A stretch of 64,000 nucleotides of DNA from NCBI RefSeq assembly GCF_050920415.1, contig NZ_CP169310.1; one strand, given 5' to 3'. Position 1 is the first letter of the stretch; every line of letters starts with the position of its first letter. A program made the position numbers and the translations under genes. The notes beneath the pieces were generated by a model. The model worked only from the letters and a program-made list of their open reading frames with translations. It was not told the DNA's origin and searched no databases. Below are positions 21,834 through 32,176 of this stretch, in pieces. Source of the stretch: Escherichia coli (lineage in GTDB: Bacteria; Pseudomonadota; Gammaproteobacteria; Enterobacterales; Enterobacteriaceae).

Positions 21834-24800
21834 ATGGAGTTCAATCGGAGACAGTTCTTTCGAATCTGCGCGGGCGGTATGGCAGGAACAACTGTTGCAT
21901 CTCTCGGATTCTTATCATCTTTTTCCGTTCACGCGGAAACCCGTCAATACAAACTCTTAAAAGCAAAAGAGACACGTAATAACTGCACATACTGCTCAGT
22001 AGGGTGCGGCATGCTGATGTACAGTCTTGGCGATACAGCTAAAAACGTCAAAGAAAGTATCTACCATATTGAGGGCGATCCGGATCATCCGGTGAGCCGT
22101 GGCTCGTTGTGTCCTAAAGGCGCTGGCGTGTTGGATTATATTCATAGTAAAAACCGTCTGCAGTATCCCGAATATCGAGCACCTGGGGCAGATAAATGGC
22201 AGCGTATTAGCTGGGATGATGCGATTAATCGTATTGCCCGACTCATGAAAGATGATCGTGATGCCAACTTTATTGAGAAAAACGCACAGGGCGTTACTGT
22301 CAACCGATGGGCCACTACAGGCATGCTATGTTCCTCAGCGGCAAGCAATGAAACCGGGATCCTTGACGGTAAATTTGCTCGTGGACTAGGTATGGTCGCT
22401 ATCGACTGTCAAGCACGATTATGTCATGGCCCCACCGTTGCTGCTCTTGCACCAACATTTGGACGTGGTGCTATGACCAACAATTGGGTCGATATTAAAA
22501 ATGCCAACGTAATACTTATTATGGGCGGCAATGCTGCTGAGGCACATCCGGTAGGCTTTAAATGGGTGGTCGAAGCGCAAACTAAAAACGACGCGACCGT
22601 GGTGGTGGTAGACCCGCGCTTTAACCGTAGCGCCGCCGTCGCCGATCTGTATGCGCCAATACGCGCTGGTTCAGACACAGTATTCCTGCTCGGAGTAATC
22701 CGTTATCTGCTGAAGAACAACCGGGTGCAGCACGACTATGTGCGCCATTACACGAACGCCAGCCTTATAATACGTGATGACTATCAGTTCAATGACGGTC
22801 TGTTTAGCGGCTATGACGACAAGAAACGTCAGTATGATAAATCAAGTTGGTTCTATCAGCTTGACGAACAGGGTAATGCCCTGCGTGATGATTCATTGAA
22901 TCACCCACGCTGCGTGTGGAATTTGTTGAAAACTCACGTCGAGCGTTATACGCCAGAAATGGTTAACCGACTGTGTGGGACTACCGTGGCGGATTTCAAT
23001 CGAATCTGCGAAATTCTCGCTAGTACCTGTGTTCCTGATCGCACCGCCACCATCCTGTACGCACTGGGTTGGACACACCACTCCAACGGGGCACAGATTA
23101 TTCGCGCCGCTGCTATGCTCCAGTTACTACTGGGTAATATAGGTATGGCAGGCGGTGGTGTTAACGCCCTACGTGGCCATTCCAATATTCAGGGATATAC
23201 CGATCTTGGCTTATTGTCGACAAACCTGCCGGGCTATATGCCGCTGCCGTCGGAAAAACAGCCAGACTATCAGACCTATATTTCGCAAATCACGCCACCT
23301 GCGTTAGGTGTGAATGAGGTCAATTACTGGAAAAATACTCCGAAATTCTTTGTTAGCATGATGAAAAGTTTCTGGGGCAATAATGCAACAGTGGAAAATA
23401 ACTGGGGCTACGACTGGCTACCTAAATGGGATCGCCTGTATGACGTAATGACTCAGACCGAATTGATGCTCGAAGGGAAGCTCAATGGTTACATCGTTCA
23501 GGGATTTAACCCACTGGCGGCGTTTCCCGATAAAAACAAATCAATTCGGGCACTTTCCAAACTGAAATATATGGTGGTTATCGATCCACTGGCCACTGAG
23601 TCTTCCAATTTTTGGCAGAATCATGGCGAGATGAACGATGTAACCCCGGCAGATATTCAGACCGAAGTTTTCCGCCTGCCATCTTCCTGCTTTGCTGAAG
23701 AAAATGGTTCAATAGCTAACTCCGGGCGTTGGTTGCAGTGGCACTGGGCTGCGGCAGAACCACCAGGTGAAGCCTGGCATGACGGAAAGATCCTTGGCCA
23801 CCTGTTTATGCGACTGCGTGAACTATATCAGCAGGAAGGCGGAGCGAATCCTCAACCCTTGTTGAATATTGCCTGGAATTATAAAGATCCATATGACCCA
23901 CACCCAGAAGAGATTGCTCGTGAAGCAAATGGCCAGGCACTTGAAGACATTTATGATGATAAAGGCCAGCTTATTGCCCAGAATGGTCAGCAGCTCAGCA
24001 ATTTTGCACAGTTACGCGATGACGGCTCTACCAGTTGTTTCTGCTGGGTCTACTGTGGAAGCTGGACAGAGCAAGGTAACCAGATGGCAAATCGTGATAA
24101 TAGTGATCCATATGGTTTGGGCTGCACACCGGGCTGGGCGTGGTCATGGCCAGCCAACCGCCGTATTCTCTACAATCGCGCTTCGGCAGATCCATCAGGA
24201 AAACCGTGGGATCCAAAACGAGCTCTGCTGCATTGGGATGGCAGAAAATGGCTCGGTATGGATGTCGCAGACTATGATAAGGCAGAACCGGGCAGCAGTG
24301 TTGGTCCGTTTATCATGAATCCGGAAGGTGTAGCGCGTTTGTTCTCCATCGACAAAATGAACGACGGGCCATTCCCGGAACATTACGAACCCATTGAGTC
24401 GCCTATTGGTACTAACCCGCTGCACCCGGATGTTGTATCCAGCCCAGTTGCACGTATCTACAATGACGATATCACCAATATGGGTAAAGCGGATGCCTTC
24501 CCGTACATCGCAACAACTTACTCCATTACGGAACTGTTTCGCCACTGGACCAAACATGCTCTGCTCAACGCCATCGTTCAACCCGATCAATTCATCGAAA
24601 TCGGTGAGGCGCTGGCGAGCAAAAAAGGCATTAAAGCTGGTGATACGGTGAAAGTGATGTCGAAACGCGGCTTTATAAAAGCAAAGGCGGTGGTCACCAA
24701 ACGTCTGCAAACGCTGATGATCGATGGTAAGCAGGTCGATACAATCGGTATTCCTTGTCACTGGGGCTTTGAAGGTGCTACACGCAAAGGGTTCCTCGCC

Positions 24801-24884
24801 AATACGTTAACGCCATCGGTGGGTGATGCGAACTCGCAAACACCGGAGTATAAAGCATTTCTGGTCAACATAGAGCGAGCGTAA
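21834..24884 (+). CDS. fdnG: Formate dehydrogenase-N-type catalytic alpha subunit (Mo-bisPGD), Tat-exported, cysteine variant
   Basis: The 1016-aa ORF is uninterrupted and has a twin-arginine leader (MEFNRRQFFRICAGG). I recall it as collinear with E. coli FdnG. The active-site segment CQARLCHGPTVAALAPTFGRGAMTNNW corresponds to NQARV-U-HGPTVASL. Codon 197 is TGT at 22422-22424. Confidence 0.9.
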   Translation: MEFNRRQFFRICAGGMAGTTVASLGFLSSFSVHAETRQYKLLKAKETRNNCTYCSVGCGMLMYSLGDTAKNVKESIYHIEGDPDHPVSRGSLCPKGAGVLDYIHSKNRLQYPEYRAPGADKWQRISWDDAINRIARLMKDDRDANFIEKNAQGVTVNRWATTGMLCSSAASNETGILDGKFARGLGMVAIDCQARLCHGPTVAALAPTFGRGAMTNNWVDIKNANVILIMGGNAAEAHPVGFKWVVEAQTKNDATVVVVDPRFNRSAAVADLYAPIRAGSDTVFLLGVIRYLLKNNRVQHDYVRHYTNASLIIRDDYQFNDGLFSGYDDKKRQYDKSSWFYQLDEQGNALRDDSLNHPRCVWNLLKTHVERYTPEMVNRLCGTTVADFNRICEILASTCVPDRTATILYALGWTHHSNGAQIIRAAAMLQLLLGNIGMAGGGVNALRGHSNIQGYTDLGLLSTNLPGYMPLPSEKQPDYQTYISQITPPALGVNEVNYWKNTPKFFVSMMKSFWGNNATVENNWGYDWLPKWDRLYDVMTQTELMLEGKLNGYIVQGFNPLAAFPDKNKSIRALSKLKYMVVIDPLATESSNFWQNHGEMNDVTPADIQTEVFRLPSSCFAEENGSIANSGRWLQWHWAAAEPPGEAWHDGKILGHLFMRLRELYQQEGGANPQPLLNIAWNYKDPYDPHPEEIAREANGQALEDIYDDKGQLIAQNGQQLSNFAQLRDDGSTSCFCWVYCGSWTEQGNQMANRDNSDPYGLGCTPGWAWSWPANRRILYNRASADPSGKPWDPKRALLHWDGRKWLGMDVADYDKAEPGSSVGPFIMNPEGVARLFSIDKMNDGPFPEHYEPIESPIGTNPLHPDVVSSPVARIYNDDITNMGKADAFPYIATTYSITELFRHWTKHALLNAIVQPDQFIEIGEALASKKGIKAGDTVKVMSKRGFIKAKAVVTKRLQTLMIDGKQVDTIGIPCHWGFEGATRKGFLANTLTPSVGDANSQTPEYKAFLVNIERA

Positions 24885-24896
24885 GGAAGGTGACTC

Positions 24897-25784
24897 ATGG
24901 CTATGCAATCACAAGATATTATAAAACGCTCTGCGACGAACAACATCACGCCGCCGCCTCAGGCGCGGAATTACCGTGCAGAAGTGGCGAAACTAATTGA
25001 TGTAACCACCTGTATTGGGTGTAAAGGCTGTCAGGTAGCATGCTCAGAGTGGAACGATATTCGTGATGAAGTGGGTTACTGCAACGGAGTCTATGACAAC
25101 CCGACAGATCTCAGCGCTAAGTCTTGGACAGTGATGCGCTTTAGCGAAACCACCCAGAACGATAAGCTGGAATGGCTGATCCGCAAAGACGGTTGCATGC
25201 ACTGCGCCGATCCTGGTTGTTTGAAAGCCTGTCCATCACCTGGAGCAATCATTCAGTATGCCAACGGGATTGTCGACTTTCAGTCCGAGCACTGCATTGG
25301 CTGTGGCTACTGCATTGCTGGCTGCCCATTCAATATTCCCCGGCTTAATCCTGAAGATAATCGGGTCTATAAATGTACGTTGTGCGTTGACCGGGTCAGC
25401 GTGGGTCAGGAACCTGCCTGCGTGAAAACTTGTCCGACCGGTGCTATCCAGTTTGGAACCAAAAAAGAGATGCTTAATGTAGCTGAAACTCGTGTGGCAC
25501 AGTTGAAAAAACGTGGCTATGTCAACGCGGGTATTTACAACCCTCAAGGGATTGGCGGCACCCACGTGATGTATGTACTTCATCACGCGGATCAACCATC
25601 TCTTTACCACAATCTGCCAGATGACCCCAAAATCGCCGTACCAGTAAACTTCTGGAAGGGGATTTTAAAACCACTCTCCGCAGCCGGATTTATCGCCACT
25701 TTTGCCGGGCTGATTTACCACTACGTGGGAGTAGGCCCAAACAAAGAGACGGATGATGATGAAAAGGAAAACGGTCATGAGTAA
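24897..25784 (+). CDS. fdnH: Formate dehydrogenase beta subunit (4x[4Fe-4S], C-terminal TM anchor)
   Basis: 295 aa with CxxCxxCxxxC clusters ([38 protein letters not shown]...). Confidence 0.9.
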   Translation: MAMQSQDIIKRSATNNITPPPQARNYRAEVAKLIDVTTCIGCKGCQVACSEWNDIRDEVGYCNGVYDNPTDLSAKSWTVMRFSETTQNDKLEWLIRKDGCMHCADPGCLKACPSPGAIIQYANGIVDFQSEHCIGCGYCIAGCPFNIPRLNPEDNRVYKCTLCVDRVSVGQEPACVKTCPTGAIQFGTKKEMLNVAETRVAQLKKRGYVNAGIYNPQGIGGTHVMYVLHHADQPSLYHNLPDDPKIAVPVNFWKGILKPLSAAGFIATFAGLIYHYVGVGPNKETDDDEKENGHE

Positions 25785-26430
25785 AAGCAACATGATTCTG
25801 CGTACCAAATTTATCGACCGTGCTTGTCACTGGACGGTGGTAATAAGCTTCTTCCTGGTGTCACTTTCCGGTATTGCGCTTTTCTTCCCAACATTGCAAT
25901 GGCTTACTGAAACCTTCGGTACACCGCAAATGGGACGAATTCTACATCCGTTTATCGGAGTGATGATTTTCATCATGCTGATGTTTATGTTCGTTCGTTT
26001 TGTATACCACAATATTCCCGATAAACAGGATCTTCCTTGGATTAAAGGGATCGTTGATGTACTTAAAGGCAATGAGCATAACGTCGCTGATGTGGGGAAA
26101 TACAACGCAGGGCAGAAAATGATGTTTTGGAGCATCATGAGCCTGATTCTGGTATTACTGGTTACCGGCGTTATTATCTGGAGGCCATACTTTGCCCATT
26201 ATTTCTCAATTAACATAGTTCGTTGGTGTTTGTTAATCCACGCGACAGCAGCTATTGTACTGATTCACGCCATTCTGATTCATATATACATGGCGTTTTG
26301 GGTAAAAGGTTCAATTAAAGGTATGATTGAAGGGAAAGTTAGTCGACGCTGGGCGAAGAAACACCATCCTCGCTGGTATCGTGAGGTTGAATCTACTGAA
26401 AAAGAAACAACGGAATTACAGTCTAAGTAA
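25777..26430 (+). CDS. fdnI: Formate dehydrogenase gamma subunit (cytochrome b556)
   Basis: 217 aa from [22 protein letters not shown]...; it looks very similar to E. coli FdnI as I recall it. The start overlaps the fdnH end. Confidence 0.9.
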   Translation: MSKSNMILRTKFIDRACHWTVVISFFLVSLSGIALFFPTLQWLTETFGTPQMGRILHPFIGVMIFIMLMFMFVRFVYHNIPDKQDLPWIKGIVDVLKGNEHNVADVGKYNAGQKMMFWSIMSLILVLLVTGVIIWRPYFAHYFSINIVRWCLLIHATAAIVLIHAILIHIYMAFWVKGSIKGMIEGKVSRRWAKKHHPRWYREVESTEKETTELQSK

Positions 26431-26496
26431 AAGATCACCTCCTAAGGAGCTGGTTTCAGATTGCAGACAAAGTCCTAAATAACTGCTCCTAATACC

Positions 26497-26960
26497 GCTA
26501 CACTGTAAGCGTCAACGGAGCACCGTATTGACGCTTATTTATTGGTGAGAACTACGTTCCATGGCAGGAGTTCGTCAACACGGTTGGAGGGCCATTCCGG
26601 CAGTACGCTCAGAATATGGCGCAGATACGCTTCCGGATCGATACCGTTCAGACGGCAGGTGTCGCGATCAGCCCGTACAGCAGTGCACCACGCTCGCCGC
26701 CGTGATCGCTACCGAAGAACACGTAATTTTTCTTTCCGAGACAGACAGCACGAAGCGCTCTTTCCGCTGTGTTATTGTCCGCCTCCGCCAGACCGTCATC
26801 ACTGTAATAACAGAGGACGTCCCACTGATTCAGTACATAGCTGAACGCTTCGCCCAGTCTGGAGTTTTTCGACAGCGTGCCATTCTTCTCCACCATCCAT
26901 TCATGCAGCGACGTCAGTAACGCTTTGCTTCGCTGCTGCCTGACTGCTATTCACCGGAAA
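26497..26960 (-). pseudogene. IS66-family right end plus frameshifted 3' part of tnpC
   Basis: IR gtaagcgtcaacgg... at 26497. Minus-strand fragments read ...NNTAERALRAVCLGKKNYVFFGSDHGGERGALLYGLI... and ...PEAYLRHILSVLPEWPSNRVDELLPWN. Confidence 0.7.
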
Positions 26961-26979
26961 GGAGCCAGTCAGTGAATAC

Positions 26980-27135
26980 CTAGTGAAATCGCTTCACCAG
27001 AGAAAAAATAGCGGTTTTGCTGACACCAGTCTGCGCAGAAATGCGCGGGTACGACAGTGACTCGTCAAATCTCAGCTGTAGCACACGCGGGATTAATTCC
27101 GGATTATCTGCCAGTACCGCCTTTCGTGCATTCAT
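26980..27135 (-). CDS. Small (51-aa) HTH-like protein, possibly IS- or resolvase-derived
   Basis: Hand translation gives MNARKAVLADNPELIPRVLQLRFDESLSYPRISAQTGVSKTAIFSLVKRFH*, which contains an HTH-like SYPRISAQTGVSKTAIFSLV segment. Confidence 0.35.
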   Translation of the reverse strand: MNARKAVLADNPELIPRVLQLRFDESLSYPRISAQTGVSKTAIFSLVKRFH

Positions 27136-27336
27136 CTTAAATGTCCTTTTACTGCGAAAATGGACATTGGTATCGGAAACAGGAAAGGGAGGCGAAAGAC
27201 GGTGAAGCGCTTACCATCAAGGCCAAGGGCGGTTAAGATATCAAAGTGAAATGAGTGCCGCTCCGATTAAGTGAACGGTATTTCACTGGTATCATTTTTT
27301 ACTGCCTCATCCGGCGAAAAGATGCTTGATAAAGAA

Positions 27337-28509
27337 TTAATCTCGTGAATATATATCACGAGTATATACTTTATCTCTGACATCCATTAATTCATCTGTA
27401 ATTCTGTTCGCGAGTATAATGTCTGACTTTTTTTTGAATACAGGCAATTCATTGACTAATATTAAATCACTTACTGTTTTATTTTGCAATATTGGTTCAT
27501 ATATAATAATAGATATGTCTCTTGACTTTAGTTGACGGATGATATCCATAACGGCAGACTCACGGAAGTTATCTGAACCATTTTTCATAATAACTCGATA
27601 AAAACCCACTACTTTATGTTTTTTTTCCAATACTCTCTGTACAATAAAAGATTTACGTGTATCGTTTGCTCTCACTGTAGCAGTAATAATATCGCAGTGT
27701 ATATTTAGTTTATCATAGTTTGCTTTCAGTTGTTTCGTATCTTTTGGCAGACAATATCCACCATAACCAAATGATGGGTTATTATAATAATCACCAATTC
27801 TTCTATCCAGACAGACACCTCTGATTATATCTTTAGTGTTCAGCCCCGTAATTTCAGCATAGGTATCAAGTTCATTGAAAAATGCCACTCTTGTAGCGAG
27901 AAAAGCATTGGAAAATAGTTTTATTGCTTCAGCTTCTGCAGGCTCTGTGAACAAAACGGGTACATCCCTTTTCATTGCAGCATTTTTCATAATACTGGCA
28001 AAATGCCTCGCGCACTCTGAACGCTCTCCGATAATAATTCGAGATGGATAGAGATTATCATATAGTGCTTTCCCTTCACGTAAGAATTCTGGCGAAAATA
28101 TTATTTTGTCAGTGCAATATTTATGTCTGACTTTTTTTGTAAATCCAACAGGGATCGTTGATTTAATGATTATCACTGCCTGTGGATTAAATTTTACCAC
28201 ATCTTCTATAACTGACTCCACAGAAGCAGTATCAAAGAATCCTGTATTAGGATCATAATCAGTTGGAGTAGCAATTATAACATAATCAGCATCTAGGTAA
28301 GCTTCACTTTTATGCGTGGTTGCTTTAAAACAAATATTCCCATTTTGGAATACCTCCCGTATTTCATCATCATCAAGCGGTGAAATTCGTTTGTTCAACT
28401 GCTCAACCCTAATGGCATCAATATCAAATGCCGTCACATTATGATAACGTGCAAGAAGTAGTGCATTGGATAACCCAACGTATCCAGTTCCTGAAACGGT
28501 AATATTCAT
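27337..28509 (-). CDS. ugd: UDP-glucose 6-dehydrogenase
   Basis: 390 aa; [20 protein letters not shown]...[24 protein letters not shown]...[14 protein letters not shown] is collinear with E. coli Ugd. Last gene of the operon. Confidence 0.9.
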   Translation of the reverse strand: MNITVSGTGYVGLSNALLLARYHNVTAFDIDAIRVEQLNKRISPLDDDEIREVFQNGNICFKATTHKSEAYLDADYVIIATPTDYDPNTGFFDTASVESVIEDVVKFNPQAVIIIKSTIPVGFTKKVRHKYCTDKIIFSPEFLREGKALYDNLYPSRIIIGERSECARHFASIMKNAAMKRDVPVLFTEPAEAEAIKLFSNAFLATRVAFFNELDTYAEITGLNTKDIIRGVCLDRRIGDYYNNPSFGYGGYCLPKDTKQLKANYDKLNIHCDIITATVRANDTRKSFIVQRVLEKKHKVVGFYRVIMKNGSDNFRESAVMDIIRQLKSRDISIIIYEPILQNKTVSDLILVNELPVFKKKSDIILANRITDELMDVRDKVYTRDIYSRD

Positions 28510-28540
28510 ATTTCACACCATAAAAATAACGATTATTCAG

Positions 28541-29881
28541 TTAAATTTTTATTTCTACTTCTAGACCGACTGAATATGCAGGGGAACTGCGGGGAGAATT
28601 TTCAGTAGATGATGCCCGAAAACGCTCTGATGGCATAAACATCCCTAGCAATAGCTCAGTTTTTATATTTTTACTAAATTCGTAGCCCCAGATAAGATCT
28701 ATTTCACTCCCGAGATCCAGAGTAGAACTATTGTCATAACGGGACTTCAGGTCTGGATCATGAGAAGATAAAAAATCCCTGTCTGATTGTCTATAATAAT
28801 GATATACAAGATCCAGTGAACTGCTTGGGGATATATCCATTCCAGTGCCAACCGTCAGGATACGTATATTTGTCAACTCTGGAGATAATGTATTACCATA
28901 AATACTGAATTTAGTATTTCCACCAAAGCTGGCTTCATTCGACTGCAATCCGGTCTGATGATATTTTTTACTGGCTATGGCGTAACCCAGAGTAAAGCGG
29001 CTGCGCGATGGACTGTTATGAATCCAGGTAAGCCCTGCATCAATTACCCTCCCCTGATATTTTTTTTCGGATTTTTCTGCATACATTCCTCCGACCTCCA
29101 GCCAGTGCCGCCATCCCGTATCCGATGTACTGTGGGAACGTATCCCGTAAAAAGACTGACGCTCATATACATCATGCGTGTTTTTATTTACAGCAAAATA
29201 AATACCGGTATCCCAGTCCTTTTCCACACTGTACTGCAAAAATGCAGATTGTACGGATATCACACTTTTGTTACGTGTTGTATCATCAAGCAAATCTCGC
29301 TGCCAGTAATTCACACGTCCTGCCACCATCTCCACCTGCCAGTCATCTTTTTTCCAGCGCCCCCATATACCATCAAGATTTTCATCAAAAAGCCATTCTC
29401 TGACATCGCGGTACAGCCACCGCCCGGCTCGAATTTCTGCTCCGACTTCACGCAAACTTCCCCCTATATATCCCTGAGTCAGTTCCAGTCGGGTTTTATG
29501 TTCTTCTGGTTTACCGGAATCCCTCCTGGTTTTGTTTTTCAGTTCAGCTTCCGCCACACCATACAGAGAAGACTTTCTGGCAATCTCAATTCTTAAACGA
29601 TATTGTGGCTCAAATTCATGTCGGTTTTCCTGCTTTTGTCCCTTCCTTAATGTTCTGTTCCGCCAGCTCTCGCCTTCCAGCTTCATTGTAGAATGAAACC
29701 GTATCAGTTGTTCCCGGTTACTTCTGTCCCCGGACAGACTGTTTTTTTTTGGACGAAATAACTCATTGTCAACAGACTCTGAAGCCTGTACCGGAACTAC
29801 TCCACAAACAAAAAACAGAAGAAAATAACCACAGAATCGACCGGAACCGTTTCTGAACATAATTAAAAATACTCCATGCAC
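28541..29881 (-). CDS. Outer-membrane beta-barrel, AlgE/alginate-export-family-like (the start is more likely the ATG at 29860)
   Basis: Signal-peptide-like MFRNGSGRFCGYFLLFFVCGVVPVQA|SE, with alternating beta-strand pattern throughout. The C-terminal LGSEIDLIWGYEFSKNIKTELLLGMFMPSERF...VGLEVEIKI resembles the alginate_exp motif (LG.E.DL......l......g.F.PG..F). Confidence 0.55.
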   Translation of the reverse strand: MHGVFLIMFRNGSGRFCGYFLLFFVCGVVPVQASESVDNELFRPKKNSLSGDRSNREQLIRFHSTMKLEGESWRNRTLRKGQKQENRHEFEPQYRLRIEIARKSSLYGVAEAELKNKTRRDSGKPEEHKTRLELTQGYIGGSLREVGAEIRAGRWLYRDVREWLFDENLDGIWGRWKKDDWQVEMVAGRVNYWQRDLLDDTTRNKSVISVQSAFLQYSVEKDWDTGIYFAVNKNTHDVYERQSFYGIRSHSTSDTGWRHWLEVGGMYAEKSEKKYQGRVIDAGLTWIHNSPSRSRFTLGYAIASKKYHQTGLQSNEASFGGNTKFSIYGNTLSPELTNIRILTVGTGMDISPSSSLDLVYHYYRQSDRDFLSSHDPDLKSRYDNSSTLDLGSEIDLIWGYEFSKNIKTELLLGMFMPSERFRASSTENSPRSSPAYSVGLEVEIKI

Positions 29882-30876
29882 TTTTCACAATAAGCAAGCA
29901 AAAGTAGGGTGGTATGCTTCCGCCCCGGAATTCGGGTACTCAAAAAAATATGCCGGGCCAGTGATAACAACCGGAACCCTTCCGTTTCTTTCACTGTTAC
30001 CCCGGACATGTGGCTGAGCCATGACTCCACAAATGCTGTTTCATGTGCATGGAATATCCGGTAATCCCCCTTATAGCGGATCCCCAGTTCACAGACATGG
30101 GCCAGCCAGTTACCAGCATCCAGAGCGGAAGGCCCGGTACAACTCAGGTCAAAATCAAGAAGGGTCAGACAGCGTCTGTCATTTCGGTTACTGATAATCT
30201 GATCAGGGTAAAAATCACGATGAAGGCAGCTTTTCCGTGTACCCGAAAGAACAGCAGCCACTTCACGCAGCCCTTTCATCAACGCATCGATACGTTTATA
30301 AAGGGCAACGTTTTCCTCTCCTGCTATTGTCAGTCCCTGCTCAAGTACAGACAGTTCATCTGTCAGAGTCCACTGCCGTCCATTCACGACCCGGGCCAGT
30401 TCACCATGCTGCTGAAGGGCAGAAAGTGCGTATCCGACAGCTGTGCCAGTACTTATCTGCTCGTGCCTAGAAAACACATTTGAAATCAGTACGTCTGTCA
30501 GCAAAAGACCATCAACATGACGCTGCAGCCACATTCTCTTTTCCGGCAAAATCATCAACGGTTCCGGCACACTGATCCGGTTCTGCCGATGAAAACCATC
30601 AGACCACAATGCCTGCTGACAGCAGTATGAAAATTTATCAACCCCCTTTTCACGATACTTCCCAACAATCAGCAGAGGAGAAGAACTCCCTCGTCTCCCA
30701 AAATGGTATTCAATCAGAGCCCTACGCCCAGGCTTCTGCCGTAATAACCGGGTACTAATAAGTTGACTATCTGCTGTCACACAAGGGAGTTTGAGGAGAA
30801 AAGATTGCATTTCATGGACAGAACAAAGCTCCTGCAACGTTGCCTGCCACTCAGGAGATAGGTGTAGCTGACGCAC
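29863..30876 (-). CDS. Kinase-fold phosphotransferase (APH / protein-kinase-like superfamily), substrate unknown
   Basis: 337 aa with an N-lobe LLRQKPGRRALIEYHF, a catalytic-loop-like CLHRDFYPDQII and a metal-site-like LTLLDFDLS. Confidence 0.55.
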   Translation of the reverse strand: MRQLHLSPEWQATLQELCSVHEMQSFLLKLPCVTADSQLISTRLLRQKPGRRALIEYHFGRRGSSSPLLIVGKYREKGVDKFSYCCQQALWSDGFHRQNRISVPEPLMILPEKRMWLQRHVDGLLLTDVLISNVFSRHEQISTGTAVGYALSALQQHGELARVVNGRQWTLTDELSVLEQGLTIAGEENVALYKRIDALMKGLREVAAVLSGTRKSCLHRDFYPDQIISNRNDRRCLTLLDFDLSCTGPSALDAGNWLAHVCELGIRYKGDYRIFHAHETAFVESWLSHMSGVTVKETEGFRLLSLARHIFLSTRIPGRKHTTLLLLAYCEKCMEYF

Positions 30877-32176
30877 AGATATCCTCCACTCTGTTCAGTA
30901 ACAGTTCTGCTTTTTTCGGCCAGTAGGCATCCCGTTTACGAAAAGGCTCCACAACAAGACACATCAGCGCTTTTGCGGTATACCATTCGATATCAAAAGC
31001 ATTGATCTTTCGTTCCATTTTGTATCCGGCAAGCAGTGCGTCATGAATTCCTCTTGCCTGAGCAGCGGTGAGCTCTCCGTTAATGACATCCATTTCAGTC
31101 CGGGCAATAAAGCTGCCGGGATCACCAGCAGGATGACCATATACACAACGATCCCAGTCGATGATATTCACACTCCGGCCATCCTCTGCAACGATAACCT
31201 GATCAGCAGAAAAATCTCCGTGCAAAAGAACCTGCTCATGGCTCAGCCATTCAGATAACGCCTTCAGACGAAGAATACAATGACTAAAACGTTCCGCGAG
31301 CTCTGGATAAAGTGCAGTCACCATGCCATGTTCCTGCCAGAGCTGCTGGAGCGCCTCCCGGCAGGTTTGTTTCTCTGGCAGGAAATAAGGCTCATTATGG
31401 ATCTTGGCCAGTGACTTTCCAGTCAACGTGACCAAACTGAGATATTCCTGACCATGCAGAAAATAATCCAGACTTTTTCCCGCTATCCATCGGGTAGCGA
31501 TCAGTCTGTCTGTTTCATTCACCCCCAGAAGTTCAATATGAGCCAGAGAGGATCCGGCCTGGCTTCCCCGTAACTGACGAAAAAACTCTTTTTCTGCCGC
31601 ACAACGAATGACCGCAAAAGGATGTTCATCTCTATAAACACCAATGACACAACGACGCCCGGGTTTGTAACGCAAAAAATGCCAGCGTTCCCGCTCTTGT
31701 CCGGTGACTGAGCCTCGTGCATTCTGCAGCAGTGCTGTATATTTATTATTATACAGTGCGGCCAGGCATAACTTGCGATCCAGTTGTGGTGAAGAAATAA
31801 ATGCAGCCAGTTCATCAAGTAATACAGGGGTTTCAGGCCAGTCACTGGTATTTTTCCCGTCAGAAACTAATCGACTGCAATAAGATATAAATCTGGAGCG
31901 CGTCAGCGCTCTGACAAAACAAAAATACGGTATCTCATCAGCAATATAGAGCGTCACCCCCACGACACAACTGGTTTTAGGTTTGTAACGGATGTAGGTA
32001 ACGCTTACACGCTTCAGGGATAAAAAAGGCTTTTGCTGTCGCAGAACGCCAGTCAGCACCGTTTCGTCAAGTAGTGCAGCAAGCCCGGGCAGCATGGAAT
32101 CCCGGCTAACAAGAGCGCGCTCAACATCATTCAGCATTCCCTTTTCCCTCCTTCTGCAGTAACCACAGTTCTGCAT
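30851..32176 (-). CDS. Kinase-fold phosphotransferase with an extra N-terminal pseudo-N-lobe (the start may be the ATG at 32137)
   Basis: 441 aa with two KP(K/G)..C.(V/I)GV segments (YIRYKPKTSCVVGV; FLRYKPGRRCVIGVY), then LLHGDFSADQVIV and NIIDWDRCVYGHPAGDPG (APH-type HGD....N/D and DWD motifs). Confidence 0.55.
   Translation of the reverse strand: MQNCGYCRRREKGMLNDVERALVSRDSMLPGLAALLDETVLTGVLRQQKPFLSLKRVSVTYIRYKPKTSCVVGVTLYIADEIPYFCFVRALTRSRFISYCSRLVSDGKNTSDWPETPVLLDELAAFISSPQLDRKLCLAALYNNKYTALLQNARGSVTGQERERWHFLRYKPGRRCVIGVYRDEHPFAVIRCAAEKEFFRQLRGSQAGSSLAHIELLGVNETDRLIATRWIAGKSLDYFLHGQEYLSLVTLTGKSLAKIHNEPYFLPEKQTCREALQQLWQEHGMVTALYPELAERFSHCILRLKALSEWLSHEQVLLHGDFSADQVIVAEDGRSVNIIDWDRCVYGHPAGDPGSFIARTEMDVINGELTAAQARGIHDALLAGYKMERKINAFDIEWYTAKALMCLVVEPFRKRDAYWPKKAELLLNRVEDICASATPIS

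Noticed and set aside
21834-24884. A possible selenocysteine (TGA) recoding event and SECIS element in fdnG.
   Set aside because: The ORF is continuous and the Sec-equivalent codon is TGT (Cys) at 22422-22424. No recoding is needed.
22142-25610. Antisense and off-frame ORFs within fdnG/fdnH (for example 24195-24761, 23869-24318 and 25236-25610).
   Set aside because: They lie entirely within strongly supported genes, have low-complexity or biased composition, and show no motifs. They are shadow ORFs.
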